A stretch of DNA of 64,000 bases from Perna viridis (taxonomy: Eukaryota): NCBI GenBank assembly GCA_037379345.1, contig CM074523.1, forward strand, positions 31,573,678 through 31,637,677, in the 5' to 3' direction. Numbering within the stretch: position 1 is the first letter of the stretch; every line of letters starts with the position of its first letter. Below are positions 34,101 to 49,100 of this stretch, piece after piece. Position numbers and translations under genes: made by a program. Below the pieces are notes generated by a model that was not told the origin of the DNA, made no database searches, and was given only the letters and a program-made list of their open reading frames with translations.

Positions 34101-37100
34101 GATGACCTATCATTCGATTATAAAACTAAAACGTTCAAAAAGTAACTGAAGACTGTGACACACGATAGTTAAATTTTGATTAAAAAACATAAGTAACTGA
34201 AGACTGTGACACGCGATAGTTCAACTTTGGATTAAACCCACTCGCTGTAGATCGTGGGTTGAAATCTAATATTTAGCTATATCGAGCGGAGAAATCTTGT
34301 CACCCCCGAGACTGAAGGATAATCTTAATTTCTCCCATTCTTAGCCAGTGATTTAAAGTACACGTGACTTTTTAACCACCTGGCGGTGACTAAATTTCTG
34401 CGAATTTACATTTTCCGAGCTTTACAAATTTTATAGGACAAACAGATTCTCCCTGAGCCTATTCTTGATTTAAATTATTTCTCCACTTCTGTGCTAAAAT
34501 TAAGATAGTAACATGCTCGCTAAAGCTCGCAAATTGAAAACAAACATCTTAATTTTGCCATCTCGAGCGGAGAAATAAAAAAAAATTCAATACTGAAGGA
34601 AGCTCTATATGTACACAAAAGATTAGAAACAAACTATCACCATTAACGGATGAGTCTAAGCTCTACCTATAAAGTTAATTTAAACTGAATTTTTCCAGAA
34701 AAATATTAAGCAATTACGAATTTTGAAAACAGGAAAATTATAACAAAATTTTGCATTAGGACCATAATTTAGAAATCGAAACAGGAAGTTATAAGAGTAT
34801 ACATTTTTGTACCTCGAGAATATGATTGTAACAATAAACTAGAAAATGATTTCCATTTTTTTTTCTTTACTGTCGAAAAAATAAAATAAAATAAACATTA
34901 TAAAGTCAAACTTTTTGAGATATGTAAAAATATAATTTCAGATTTGTAAACAGCTGTTGTCGGCTGTACAATGTATGTGCATGTGTACCTTCGTCAACGA
35001 TCATTATAGTCGGAAAAAGGGTCCACACCGGTCAAAGAGTAAAATTGCATTGACTTTTTATGAACAATGCAGCGGGGGTGTTCTATTGAAAAACAGAGTA
35101 CGCTGACCCTTCCGGTGCACCTAGTCCGCGTTCCCAGTTTTAGTGGAGTCCGATTTGCTCATTTACTTTTGTTTTCTTTGTACGTATTATTTTGGTTATT
35201 TTGTGTTTTTTGTTGTGCGTTTGTCTGTTTTCCCTGTCTTGTCTTTGTCTCTGGATTGTGTTATTTTGATTTTCACTAGAATCTTGGTTCCCTTTAATTA
35301 TTCTAACATTTGTCTAATTTGCATTTTGTTGTACATATTTTTTGTCATACCTATTATTGGTGTAAATTGCAAAATAAAGTTCTTATATATATTTTTTTTC
35401 TTATGTGTCGAGTTTTGTTTCCGTAGTGCCTGCACTTATTAATTTAGATATCTCATCTTGTGTTTATTTTATTTCATAAGCGGCAATTTACTCATATACA
35501 TGTATTGTGCATATTCGTCGCTGATGAGCTGAGTCTACAGTTTTAGCGATCTTAGGGTCGCTTATGATATTGACTATGGAACCAAAATAACACAAAATCA
35601 TACTGGTGTAACAATGCCTGCATAATTGTATAAAATAAACGTAGAACTAACAAAGATTTCTCTTCAAATAAACGTTTCAACTGGTTTACAAGTTTTTAAT
35701 GGTAAGTGTCGTCCACGAAGAGGAACGAATTTCCAGAACACCACTCGTTAAATGTCCGGCAACTATTCTAGCGAACATAATATATGGTGATTTTGTCACA
35801 AGTGGACGATCTGAATTACCATGTACAACAATTGACTGACATACATTGGCATAATGCATGTGCCATTTGATGATAACCCTGTTGAAGACTGTCTTTTAAG
35901 TTATTCCATTTCTCAAATGGTCTGATTAAATAAACAATCTCCTATTATGACGTTATTTTTTCATAAACAGAAGGAAAATATATTAGAGTTATACAAGTAC
36001 ATGTATGATCCTTTAATGATAATGGATTATTTATACATTTACCAAATTGAATTTTAGAAAAAGAGTATGAATGTCAAGTTTATATTCCTTTTTTTTAGCT
36101 TCCATTCAATGTACCACGTCGGATTACGCTGGAGTTGTCGACCCTGAGAGTTATCATGATAAATATGAAAACAAAGTCGGTTTGTAAACATAATTTATAT
36201 GTTTATCATTTTACAAAATATCGAAATAAAACCGAAGCGTGATCAATTGGACAATTCAAAAACAGAAAAAACACAAACAAAACAAAACAAGTAAACGAAA
36301 CACTTAAACAAAAAAGCGATCGAAACCTTTCTTGTTATGACCGGAATTAGATGTAGCCTCAAACTCCTTTAATTTTAATTGTTCCTAACTGATGTGTAAG
36401 TATTGCGTTAAATTGTACTCACTTGACTCCCTCTGATATTTATCAAAGTAACATCGTGTTAGAAAAGAAAATTAGAGAATTCACGATAAATTTTAAAAGA
36501 AGTCAACTAAGATAATTATGCATAAGCAACACTTGAACAAAGCATCGTGTCAAGCATCGTGTCAAACTTCGTGTCATGCATCGTGTCAAGCATCGTGACA
36601 AGCATCGTGTCAAGCATCGGGTCAAGCATCGTGTCAAGTATCGTGTCATGCATCGTGTCAAGCATCGTGTCATGCATCGTGTCAAGCATCGTGTCAAGCA
36701 TGTCCATTTCAGTATTGATCTCTAATACTTCTCTAATTCTAATACATATTTTGAGCTTTCCATTTGCAAGTTCAAATAGCAATTACATTATTCCCGAGAA
36801 TTAAAACAATTTTAACGAAAATAGTCATTCCTAGTACACGTAAGGCCATATTTAAAATAAATGTTGTTTCATGGTTCTCGTGAAAAATGCTCATTAACCA
36901 AAGTTGTATTCCTGCCTTCAAATGTTAATGTATCTGTTCAGTTTCTAAGTCTTGAAAGGGAACACGAAATAAACATGAATTATTACGTTTAGACTAATGT
37001 GTTCATGATTATGATTGGTCTATCATTTTTGTGGTTAAATATGACCCAATATGTTTATGACTATCTTCGTCCTAAAAGATCTATTATTTTGGGTGGCCTA

Positions 37101-40100
37101 ACATGTTTATAATGGTGTTTGGCCATATTTTTTATGATTATGTGGTCTGTAACTTTTTCTAAATAAGAACATTAAGTGAATACAGTGAGGCTTTCACATG
37201 TTTGAATCACTTCTCGTCTGAACTATATGTCGAGTGCTACTTTTAAAATACAGTAAAGACGGAACTTATTTGCCTTGGTTTCAAGTTGACGATATCTATA
37301 AATCCTTGAGTTTTTCCACAAATCTCGATTTCAAGTGGTGATTTGATTAATCAAAATTTGAGTTGAGGAAGGATTTAAGGAAAATCTCGAATTCGGAGAG
37401 TTTTATTTTATGAAAATCGAGCCATGAGAGAGCATGACAACAGACTACTAGACTAAGTATTTATTTCTTGATCTTTATAATATTTTCACCGTATTCATAG
37501 TATATCTACTGTATTCGACAATGCAAATGATATTAGTACAAATGTACATGTATTTGCAAATTTGATATTTGACGCTTCCGTTTAAACGGGCGTTGTTTTT
37601 TTTTAAGAACACTGTCTTTGTCAACTTGTAGGATGGGGCTTTGTTGTCCGACGACCGTCGTACGTTTTCCCATGCTGTGGCGTGGTCGAGAAATGGGAAG
37701 TTCACGTTGAGGAAGCCGGTACACTAGAAATGCAAGTATGGCGGGCAGATACTGGTTCCCAAGAAAAGCTTGTTGGAGAAAATTCCCTTTTAACAACCAT
37801 TGGTAAGTGTATAATATAATTTGTGTTATCGTTAAGGGAATTAACATTTAATTTTTCGGCTGTTACATATATTAAGATCAAAATCTTTGAATATGTCTTA
37901 CCTAATTTTATTATTTTTCACCAAGGACCATAACTCTGCTCAATCATATATACTTGTTCACCATACCCACCCACACTTTGAAAGCAAGAAGACATTTAGT
38001 GATCATTGTGTCCGTCCCTCCCTCCGTCCGTTTTCGCAATTTCCATTACAATTATCTCTGCAACTACTATATTTGAACTATTGTCTAGATTTAATCAGTT
38101 CGGTTTGTTTTTTACCTTCACTTATCATAGCCACTTGATATTTGTGCAAAAGATTTAATAATATATGCCATTTCACGGGATGCGATTTCAAACTAAAACA
38201 AAATCAACGATCTGTTTATCTTCGGTGATATTTTCACCATTTGGTTACAGAGACGAGGAGCGGGGGTATCCTTAGGAGGTAGACCTAGAGTAAGGGACTT
38301 AACTCACATGTACAAATCATTGAAACGTTTGTATTCAGCATTTTACATCAATCTCATGTAAGCGTCAAAGTAACTTGAACTGATTTCATTCTGTTTCAAA
38401 TGAAGCTTGATATGCTTTGGTGAAATTGAATATGATACAAACATATCACTGATTTCAAGAGTTGTGTCCCTTACCCTAGGTCTACCCACTTAAATGAGCG
38501 TTGGTTGTTAAATTTTTCTTTTTCTTGCATACTGTATAAAAATCTTTTTTTGCTAAAAGTAATGCGAGTCTACATGTGCATGAATGTCATGTAATATACA
38601 TGTGTATGCATTGCTAATCAGAAGATTTGTTTTACACAGGTACTTGTTGTGCTAACTCGGGAGAATGTAAACTATGTATGTTATTTTGTTAATAACCTCC
38701 GTTTGTAAACTAGTCCACCTAAGAAACAGGCATCTGATTTCTCATTTTGCATCGAATCATTCTGACCCAATTAATTGTAATTGTCACAGTTTTCAAATCA
38801 AATGTCGCACAAATTTAGCTGTAAAACATACATGCTTAATAATAGAAGTCAAACTTATTTGTTACATTGTACATATACATGTATACATGCATTTTTTAAA
38901 GGAATTATTCATAATATTAATAATTATGTTTGTTTTATACACAAATATTTGAAATTTTGAGCTGCCTGTTTCTTGAATAGATTAGTGCTCTGTATATAAT
39001 GTAGCTTGTAGGGTAGACTAATAGAAAAAATAATGTGACCCAGTATTGTAAATTATGTACACATATTGACCTTTACCGAAAAGAAATCGATGATATGCTA
39101 TGGCGACAATATGATTCGTAATAAATGTACCGAAAAATCATCATGAACTTGGGTGTAAGGTGGACACTTCCAGCCTATGTACTGCCTCTTTTCATTTACA
39201 TTTATTTTCACATTTCAATAATTAGAAAGCAGAAAGGCATAGCATGAGCATTACTCTAATTTTACTATATAGTCAGAATGGCAATACATTTTAATTTTCT
39301 GTAATTTTAGTTCTTAATAAATTCTACGATTCGCGTCAAACTTCTTGACAGAGTTATTGTTCTTTTCTTCTAGAGATACCTATCCAAATTTTTAGTGCCG
39401 TCCGATTGATGGAAGTACATTAGTCGAGTGTGAAAACAATCCCGGCGAAATTTTCAAGAAGGAATTCTCCTATCTGCATCCGAGGTTATTTTTTAGTAAA
39501 GCGGAAATGGCCGAGTAGTTCCGATTGAACTTCGGGTCTGCTTTCAGCACAGAAGTTAAATTGATTTGACAACTTGTCTTACAGACAAGTCGATCGTCCT
39601 AAGTCACTAGCTTATATCTTCGTCCTGTAAAAGAGTTTATACAGATCCATTGTACCTTTCTCATTTTATCCTCAAATTTGTCAAAACATTTGAGAAAACT
39701 TTAGTTGCACTGATGTTAAACGAACTTTTGTATGTACAGGTAGCGTTGCAAATGAGCTCATGTTCGTCATAAATATCACCAAGCAAATCACAGTAGTGCC
39801 AGGTGATGCTATAGGCTGGTAAGTACAATTTGTTTCGCATCATGTACTTACGTGATTTTTTATACAAACATGCATGCATGTAGTGATAGAGACGACGTAA
39901 ACAATCACTTCCGTTCTGGAAAAGTTTTCTCATTAATAACGAAATCAACTCATGTCAACACACATAAGACTTTGTGATGGGGCTATGGGAACAGAAACTT
40001 GATTCGATCACTACAAAGAATTGTCATACGTGTACATATGTTATCGAAGATTTTCATACTGAAAATTGACTGCCTACTTGTTTCTATGTACATGTATATA

Positions 40101-43100
40101 TATATATATCAAGTCTGAAGGAATCTGCCAACCAGCAAACGTATTTGGACATACATGTACTTTTTCTATATATGCACATACTTTTTCTAAATAAACTCAT
40201 ATTTTTTTTATGACGCATATAGTTCATTGTATGCACATTCTTTTTTTTCATACATAGAAAAGTATAGATGCATATATGGAAGCAATTACATGTATTAAGA
40301 CAGTTACACATATATACGGCGTTCCATACTATGACGTTTCATAACATAATCTTTTTTGTTTTTTTGTATATATGGGTAGTACAATTATAACAACGGTCAA
40401 CTTATTTGTGAAGCTAATCGACGGGTCAGGTAGAAGGGAGGTTTCCCGGGATTTTAAATACCCCCTTTCTAGATACCGACAAACAAATACCGGAGCGTCA
40501 ACAATGCTACAATCAAAATCCTAGTACACATGTTCATGGCCTGAACGTAAAAGCAGAAAATAAAGACAATTCGCATTATTATCCAAATGTATATAAAACT
40601 GAAATTAAGACATGCGAAACTTAACACACACACACAGAGCAAAACTAAGGAACTAGCACTGTATACTTTATACAAATGTTTCAGATGCTCCGGAAGGGTA
40701 AGCATGTATACCCATGCCGCAGCACCTGTCATGTTATAACTGAGTATAATTCGGTTATAATCTAACAACTATAACGCAGCTCCCTGATACAAGTCACAAG
40801 AGGCCTCATCATATTTTTTTACAACAGTGTTATCTTTGTGCATTTGTTGTTGCAAAAATGAATAATCAAATAGCCAATAAAACGTCTTTTAGTCTCACTT
40901 TTACATAATTAAGAATCTGCGCCTGGGCTTATATTTTCTTTATCGACATAGCTTTCGACTTCGAGCAGTATGCATTTAATGCATAGGGGACATCTCGGGA
41001 CGCGGACATACGGGTCCGTGCAGTGCAACTCGGACCGCCATCGATACAAAACGGACCGTAAAAAACAGGTTACTTCGCTTATCTGAAACGATATTTCGTA
41101 CCATAATAATGATGAAGGAGGTATAGAAAAAATCCTAAAACTTAACGAATTTCTAAAATGAAAACTCAGGCATTCCTTAAAAATAAAAGTTACACTCAAT
41201 TTTCTGTTTTTAAGGAGAACTGCTGGAACAGAGGTTCTAACATATAGTGACATCAAGAATGATGATAAATTAGTATATCACGACGAATCGATGCCGGATG
41301 TTCACGTCGGAGGAAAACATACATTTCCGAAGGATGATAAGAAGGACAGAATGTATGCTGTAAAAGCACATTTGGCGCCGGGTAGGTTTTGCCGATTTGT
41401 TTATATGCCTTTTTATCTAAATCGAACAACCATTTTTTTGTTTTATATTATGATTGAAGATCGGACATAGCAGTCACCTGAGCACGTTGATTTGTAAAAT
41501 CTGTCTGCACCCTTTGAGAGAAAAAGTTATATCGACATTGACAAAGTTGAGATTTCGAAGTCCACTGGATTAACATAGATTTTTGTACAATATCTCAGTC
41601 GTAACATGTATATTAGGTAACTTCGAATTATGAGAATAACCTACATGTACATATATATTACATCGTATGCACATGTGCTGATTAACCCTGATCTATTTGG
41701 AGTTTCGATTATTTATTTGGGTGCTTGTGACTTTCAAATCATTCACATGTGGCAGTGATCATTTCCATTTACATGTGTAAGTACGTTATCGCCCGGATGT
41801 TAAGACATTAAAGAAAATTAGTGACACTATGACAAGTCGTAGTGTTTTTACTTGATACCTTAATAGCATTCTGCATATACAGCTATCCGTTATTTGAATT
41901 GAAGTTCTGAGATTAAAGCTTATATTACTCATTCCATATCAAAGAGTAATCAAGGGAACCAAGGTTATAGCGGTAATCAAAAGAATGTAATCCAGGGACA
42001 AAGACCAGGCATGGGAAACAGACATACACAACAAAGAACATAAAGTAACTAAAATCATACATCCAAAGTAACAAAAGTAAATGAGCAACTCGGACTCCAC
42101 TAAAAACTGGGAGCATGGACCGGTTGCACCGGTAGGGTAAGCGTCCGCTGCTTTTCTAGAAACACCTGCCGAGTTGCTCATAAAAAGTCAAGACCGGGGT
42201 AGACAAACGAGGAAAGGAAAACTATGACCCGTTGAATAAATCAGTTTTCATGGTGCTGATAGATACACCATAACGATCCACGAGTTCATGATGACGACCA
42301 TATAACTTCTGTAGTGATGACTTCAATCTTGTAGCAACATAACCCTGTTCCAGAAGCCTCTTTGTTAGAGTTCTAGCGCGATACAAAAAGTCTGCGTAGT
42401 TTCGGCAAGCTCTGGCATAACGTATGAGTTGTGATATGAACACTCCATACGCAGGAGCCGAAGGGATGTTGCCACAGATGAAAGGAAAGTTGACAATTCT
42501 GAATGAAAAGTCATCACGTTTGTCGTAAAGTTTGGTCAATAGTTTTCCTTTACCATCGATTTCTAAGTGTAGGTCAAGATATGAGGCTGACTTCACAGTG
42601 TCTGTAGTATCCTTTATCTCAAGTTCTTTTGGGTAGATACGATGTATCAAATCCTCGAAATTAGGATTGTTTAAAATTGTTTAAAGATAACATGTCATCT
42701 GTATAGCGAAAACTGAGATTGAAGGATCTAGCTAAACAATATTCTTTCTTTCTGATCAGATCAGCTATAAAGTCAGCCTCATAAGAGTGAAGGAATAGGT
42801 CAGCTAGTAAAGGGGCACAATTTGTTCCCATTGGAATGCCGACCGTTTGTTGAAAAACACGTCCACCACACTGGACAAATATGTTGTCGATTAAAAATTC
42901 CAGCATTTTGTAAACATCTTCCTTTGTATATTTGGAAGATGATTTGGAATTATTTCTTACAAAGTGTAAGGAATCTCTACCAGGAACTATATATTTGTAT
43001 CTAGGTGTACCATCTTTTTTGGAAAAACAACGATGTATAATGTTTTTAAGTCGGGATTTTAACTGAGTTTGGGGAATAGAAGTATACAGTGTTGAAAAAT

Positions 43101-46100
43101 CATAGGTTTTAATGCTATTATATTTAGATAATAGTCTTGAACTGATTGTCTCCAAAAGATCTTTCAAATTATTCAGGATCCACATTGAATTAATACCACT
43201 ACGGGAGTAATTTGACACATCACAAATGTACATGGGTACTTTGATATTTGTATGCAACGATATACATGTACATGTGCTTGTCAAATCTTTTCATTTTAAA
43301 GTGCTTTTAAAATCTAAGTCTAATTCTTTTTCTCAATTTTAATTCAATAACTCTTAATTAAAGGCTTTCTTTCTACTCTTTAAAGGATATCACATGCCAG
43401 CCTGCTAAGCTAGTAATTTGAATATGTTTTGTATACCCTTTGCTCATTTGTAGAACGTATGTTTGGTAATTCAAAGCTTTATCACCTCTACCACACTCGG
43501 TACAAAACACCTCTTTATGTAATTTAGTATAATACTCTGTAAACTATTTCACTTATTTTCCCCCTTTTTAGAGAGGTTAAAAGCTTATGGGATTATACGT
43601 AGCATTTCAGAAAGCGGATCGATATGTCTGCAGATGAGAGACAGAAAAAAAACCAGCAAAAACAGCAATTTGCTTGTAACGTGACTTACATATAATATAT
43701 AACTTCAGAAGAGACAAGACCATTCGGTGCATTCCGATTTCGGTGCATAAAAGATTGAATAATTCAAGGTTAAGAACTTCCTCTGTCATCTTCCAGTCGT
43801 TGTTGCATGATCACAAACTGTGTTTGTTTAAAATTTCAGGTTCACCGCCAAGCTTTGTTAACCTACCCGATAGCGTTACAATGACCGATTCTATATTTCC
43901 GGGTTTTACAGTCTTTTCTCCGGTGATTACCGATGCTAATCCATTAGACACACACAATTTTACACACGCTGGCAGCCTTCCGTCGTATTTTAGTATTGAC
44001 GTAAACACAGGTACAATTAAGTGTTTACCAGTCCCTGTAAGAATCAGGCAGTAGGTGAGACACGGTAACCCATCATTTTGAAAATGTCCTTTGACTGTTT
44101 GCACCATCAGAATAAGGAAAACAGACAAGATTGTCTATATCATGCTGGACCATTGAGTTACAATTTCATTGAAATGCGATGAAAATAAACATAACAAGGG
44201 CAGATAACTCTGTCAAAATTCTCATTTTTCTAACATTCTATTGAAAAATTTCTGAACAAAGCCAGTGGTGCAGAGATAAAAAAAGGTCTTTTCAAATAGA
44301 TAAAATATCCTTGAGTGATATTACATTAATTTGTCAGATCGGTGGGGTTTCGACATGCACGTTTCTGATTTTTCCCATTTTGCCTGATTCCTACAAATAC
44401 TTACATTTAATGTTGATTACATTGAACACAAAGGTCAGTGGAATGAACACTCTGGTTTTCACAACCAAAGTTTAGTAGTTTTATTACGGTTACTCATACT
44501 ATAAATTCTATCTGAACAAAACAATTCACTCGCAAACTTGAAGGGAAGGAGTAATCAAGGGAACCAAGATTCTAGTGGAAATCAGAAGAATGTACATTTA
44601 ATCCAGGCACAAAGATCACACATGGAAAACAGACAAACATAACAAAGCAAGTTTCATAATTGGACTGTTGTTTTGTTTAAAAAGATACCAACTATCTTAC
44701 CTCGCTTTGTTCAAATAGGTTAAACTTTAAAAAAAATCAGAATCCACTGATTTTATACTCCTCAAATGAGTTCATTTCTTTAAGTACAGTACTCATACAG
44801 AATGTAAATTATTTTGATGAAATTCAGATTGCATTACATGTAAAAGTAGTGGTTTCATAAACTAGTAAAACATAGAAAATCTTTCTTTGTTTCTGAAGGT
44901 GTAGTGAAAGTAGCTAAGGAACTATTGCCAGCAACGTTTACCATATATCTTGTTGTGACTGATATCTGTGGACTGCAGGATACCCAACAGCTATCGATAA
45001 CTGTGACAGGACCTAATCACGTACGTACAGGGACGATCAGTTCTAGCAATCTCTGTACATTAGGATAAAGATTCAGATTAAGCTGGTTTATATCATAGTA
45101 CGTGGGCTGAGATAATCTCACCCACCACTGATCAACCAAAATATGATTTTCAGGTACCATTATACCTCCCTTTTACGATTTTTTTTGTCGCCAAAATTAA
45201 ACTGAAGCATTTTTGTATTTTTTGGTAATTTTTTATATCTCGTTGAAGCAAAAATCCATTTTTTACGTTTTTTGATTCTTTGAACTTATTCTTTCTTCAA
45301 AACGAAGTTAACTGACATACATGTATTTATAAATCATCATGTCTCAGCTTTACAATGGTACTAAGAAAGTTGCGGTAACACTTGGGGTTTTGGGGTAAAG
45401 CTAAAAAAATGTACCCCATACCCCACCGAAAAATTGCTTAAATTTAGGAATGTTGAATACATCGATATATGAAACGCAAGTATCCATCATTGATTATATG
45501 CTAAAATTGTTGTTTTATTCTTCTCGTAAGTGGAGGTAGCAATGTTTCGCTTAATTGGACTTGAACAAATTCAAATATTAATTACTCCGGCGCATTAGAC
45601 AAATTTAAATGTATTTGAATGTAAAATAGCTCGTTAGAGTATTTGAAAAAAATTGCCAATTACCGGTGAAATTGAAGGAAAAATGAAATTCCGAAAATTC
45701 ATCTTTTTATGAAAAAAAACTCATAATTGGCATAATGAATCTTGAATAATACGCACCTGAAAATAGCAGGTATACTGAATACATTGATGATTAAAGCACT
45801 AGTACCCAACTTGTATTTTTGTTATCGATTACAATGTATATGCAAAAAAATAACATTTGAGATCATGTTGAGGTACTTTCAGGGTTTTGGTTGGCAATAT
45901 TTCACCCATTAGTAATTGGTCGTTGAAAAAAGTTCAAATATTTATTATTTATTATTTATTATTTATTATTTGGGCTCATAAAAAGCTAAAACAGTATATA
46001 ACTGTATTTGAATATACAAAAGCTTGTTTGAAATACCGTAACGGTGTTTGAAAAAAAAAGCAAATTACAGGTACATGTAAAATGGAAGAAAATATAAAAT

Positions 46101-49100
46101 TCCGAAAATCCCCCTTTTTTCTTAAAAAACACTGGGACATTGAAAACGCATATTGAAACTGAAAAAATACGCGCCTGAAATAAGAAGATATCTTGAATAC
46201 ATCGATAATTAAAACAATAGTATCCAGAATGACTTTTTGTATATTGTACAAAGCGTATATGCCAAAAATTAATATTTAGTTCATGTTGATGTATATGCAC
46301 CTATTTTGACTGGGAAAAGTTGAAATATTTATTACTTGGACTCATTTTGAAACTAAGACACTATTTATATGTACCGTGTCACCAAAAGCTTGTTTAATCT
46401 GCGGTATTCTGAAAAAAAATGACAATAACGAGTGACACAGAAGAAATTCTGAAAATTTTCCTTTTTCGACTTAAAGCAATTGTCACCCCAAAAGGAAAGT
46501 CCAAGCGCCCGACTTGATCAGTTATTTAAGTACATTATTATCTTAATTATGAAGCCTAAAATCATGGTACGGTATCAGTATGCTCAGAATGAGAATTCAG
46601 TTTGATACTGAGACTGGTTTTCAAGGAGTAGGGGTAATATTTTAAACATTAAAAAAAACATCTTCCTTGAAAATTACTTTTTTTTGTATTTATTTATTAA
46701 TTTCATGTCAATATGTTAAGCCCTGTTGGAGATATTGCCCTTTTCAACTTTTTTTTTCGCTATTTTTATTGTTAATTCTTCAAGTATTTTCTCCTTAGAA
46801 ACTACTGGAAACCAAGGTATCATAATGAGTGTACCGTTAGGAATTTTTAACCAAGAAAAAACATGGTGCTTTTACAAAAACAGAACGTTGTTTATCAAGA
46901 CACGTTCACGAGCAATTCAGGCTCTTAAGAACTTCTGGTTTTTATTGTATTTGTATTGAATTCCCTTTTACAAAATGGTTACTATTCACTTACGTATGTA
47001 TTTACTATTATGATTCATGTGCGCACGCACTTAACATTATGCTTAACTGTGATTTAATTCTTAATTACGTCTCAAAGGGATGGACGTGAACTCGAAGATA
47101 AATTAAATATGTACTCATGTACCCAAATAGAGGTGGGAAACAGGGTTAGTTGTTATTGAATAAACAATGAAGTAGTATTGAAAAAAATGTCTTTATACAT
47201 TTACAGATAGTGCAATACTGTTAAAGATCCATCTAAATTAGAACACTTAACCTTTCTAAAGGTTTTATGTGCATTAGAAGGCACATGGAATGCAATTACT
47301 GCATATGAACTGTTAAGTGCTTTCTTTGTTAGAATACGTTAGTCAGTTGACATTTCAATGTAAAGAGCACAATATTACATAATTCTTCGTAATTTTATTT
47401 TATTTTTTTTTTTTGCATATTCATTTTATTCTATGCAAGGCGTAAACACTTCAAGTTTAATTAATACCAGGAACCATACAAGTACAGTATGGGTGAAATG
47501 AGCATCATAAATAATGTTCAATAAAAAAGCAAGTCAAAAGATTGTTGACATTATTTAGGAGAAATCTATATTCTAAAACGCAGTTCGTTTCAGTCATGGC
47601 ACAAGTCACGCTAATGTTTTATGCTTCCCTGACAGCTTACATAAGGTGGGTCAAGATTGACACGACGATATCATTTAAGCTTGGTCAACTTTAAACAACT
47701 TTTATTCTTCTATTTGTATTGCAATATACCGGAAATCATTAACCTTATTGGAGGAGGGATGTTTTGTGTAAATACCACTCTGTCTAAGATTCAGGCAAAA
47801 CATGTGTAAGGTGTGTCACATGAAGACAAAAAAACATACAGAATTGTTTTTGCATTATCCAAGTATGTATACCTCATAACCTGTAGAAATATCCATTATT
47901 GTCTTTGGAAAAAAATTGATCGGTCAAATTTAGTTGAAATACATTATGTAAAATGGCTGAAAAATTTTTCCACACATTTTCCCTATTTAAGTAGTAAAAT
48001 AATATCTACGTCACAGATGCTTCAGTATAAATTTATAAAGCTTTTCACTTGTTTTCTAGATGTATTGAAAATGAGGTAAAAAAGAATAAATTGAGAAAAA
48101 TGATGTGTCACCCACTGTACTAAGTCATGACCGTATATTGGTTTCCAACTTTTAGTGTTTGCTTTAATATTTCAATTTGTTGTAAAAAATAGATTTTATT
48201 TTTTGACTTTTTCACGTTACCAAGTGTTCGGTTATTCCGTTATTGAAAACTGCGCCAGGAAAACTAATTTGTTCAACGTGTCATAGTTTTCCTTTCCTCT
48301 TTCGTCTACCCCGGACATGACGTTTTATAAACAACTCGGCGGGTACTTCCAGAAAAGCAGAGGGAGAGAGAGAAAAAAAAGAGAGTTGCTCATTTGCTTT
48401 TGTTCATTTATATGTACGATTTTAGTACTTTGTGTTCTTTGTTGTTTACATGTATGTCTCTGGTCATTGTCCCTGGGGATTACATTCTTTTGATTACCGC
48501 TATAACCTTGATTCCCTGATTACTCTTACATTTATTTTTCGTATCTTTAATGAATTATACACATTCTTATGTTTTTTAAACAAATCAATGATAAGTTGGA
48601 CCTGGTTATTTAAGGTGGTATTTAAGAAAATCGATTATAATTTAAAAAAAAAGAAACAAAAAAACTAATACATGTACAAGATACATTTATGATACATCAA
48701 ATTCTCAATTTTCTATTAAAGTTCGAAATAATTTTTTTAAAACAAGTCTCGCTTGTGTTACTTCTGGATAAATTTACTTTGAAAACATGTCTGTTTTTTA
48801 TTGTTTTGTTTTGTGTCCGTATGATTTTTATTTTAGCAACTTTTATGGTTTTTTTTCTTGCAAACATTCTAATTTGTATTTACACTGGTTCAACGTTGGA
48901 ATTATGTTGAACAAAAGTAAAAAAAAATTTGTAAACTTGAGCATAGAATACCTTCTCCATTCGCGCAAAACTTTTTAGTACATTTCTTATTGTTATATAA
49001 TGGAGAAATTTGTTTTTTTATAAACATGCGCTGCATCGTTTGCACAATTATGGTCTATCGTTGTCTCAGCAATGCTGACAACCCAATTTAAGTATATATT

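Noticed and set aside
35516-35562. Hammerhead ribozyme core CTGATGAG
   Set aside because: The required GAAA after stem II is absent (the sequence reads CGATC), and there are no convincing stems I/III.
36503-36804. ORFs MTRCLTRC.., MLDTMLDT.., SSIVSSIV..
   Set aside because: Translations of a 12-bp minisatellite.
39372-39610. Extra cadherin exon (CRPIDGSTLVEC..)
   Set aside because: Bounded by stops, phase-incompatible, and overlaps a dispersed repeat also present at ~21170-21360.
40987-41068. Candidate phase 1-2 exon before exon 5
   Set aside because: Weak acceptor. Exon 39740-39818 already supplies the phase-2 TG that completes the Trp codon, so this could only be an unsupported alternative.
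41925-42181. Recurrent small 'proteins' MLPVFSGVRVAH.. / MSNSAGVSRKA.. (also at 1392, 7754, 19960, 35067, 48432, 59468)
   Set aside because: Spurious ORFs in the PLE 3' UTR; frames and stops are not conserved between copies.
42081-42181. SECIS element (some Naiads encode selenoproteins)
   Set aside because: The ATGA is fully Watson-Crick paired with TCAT, so there is no GA/GA quartet. No in-frame TGA is seen in the RT portion present.
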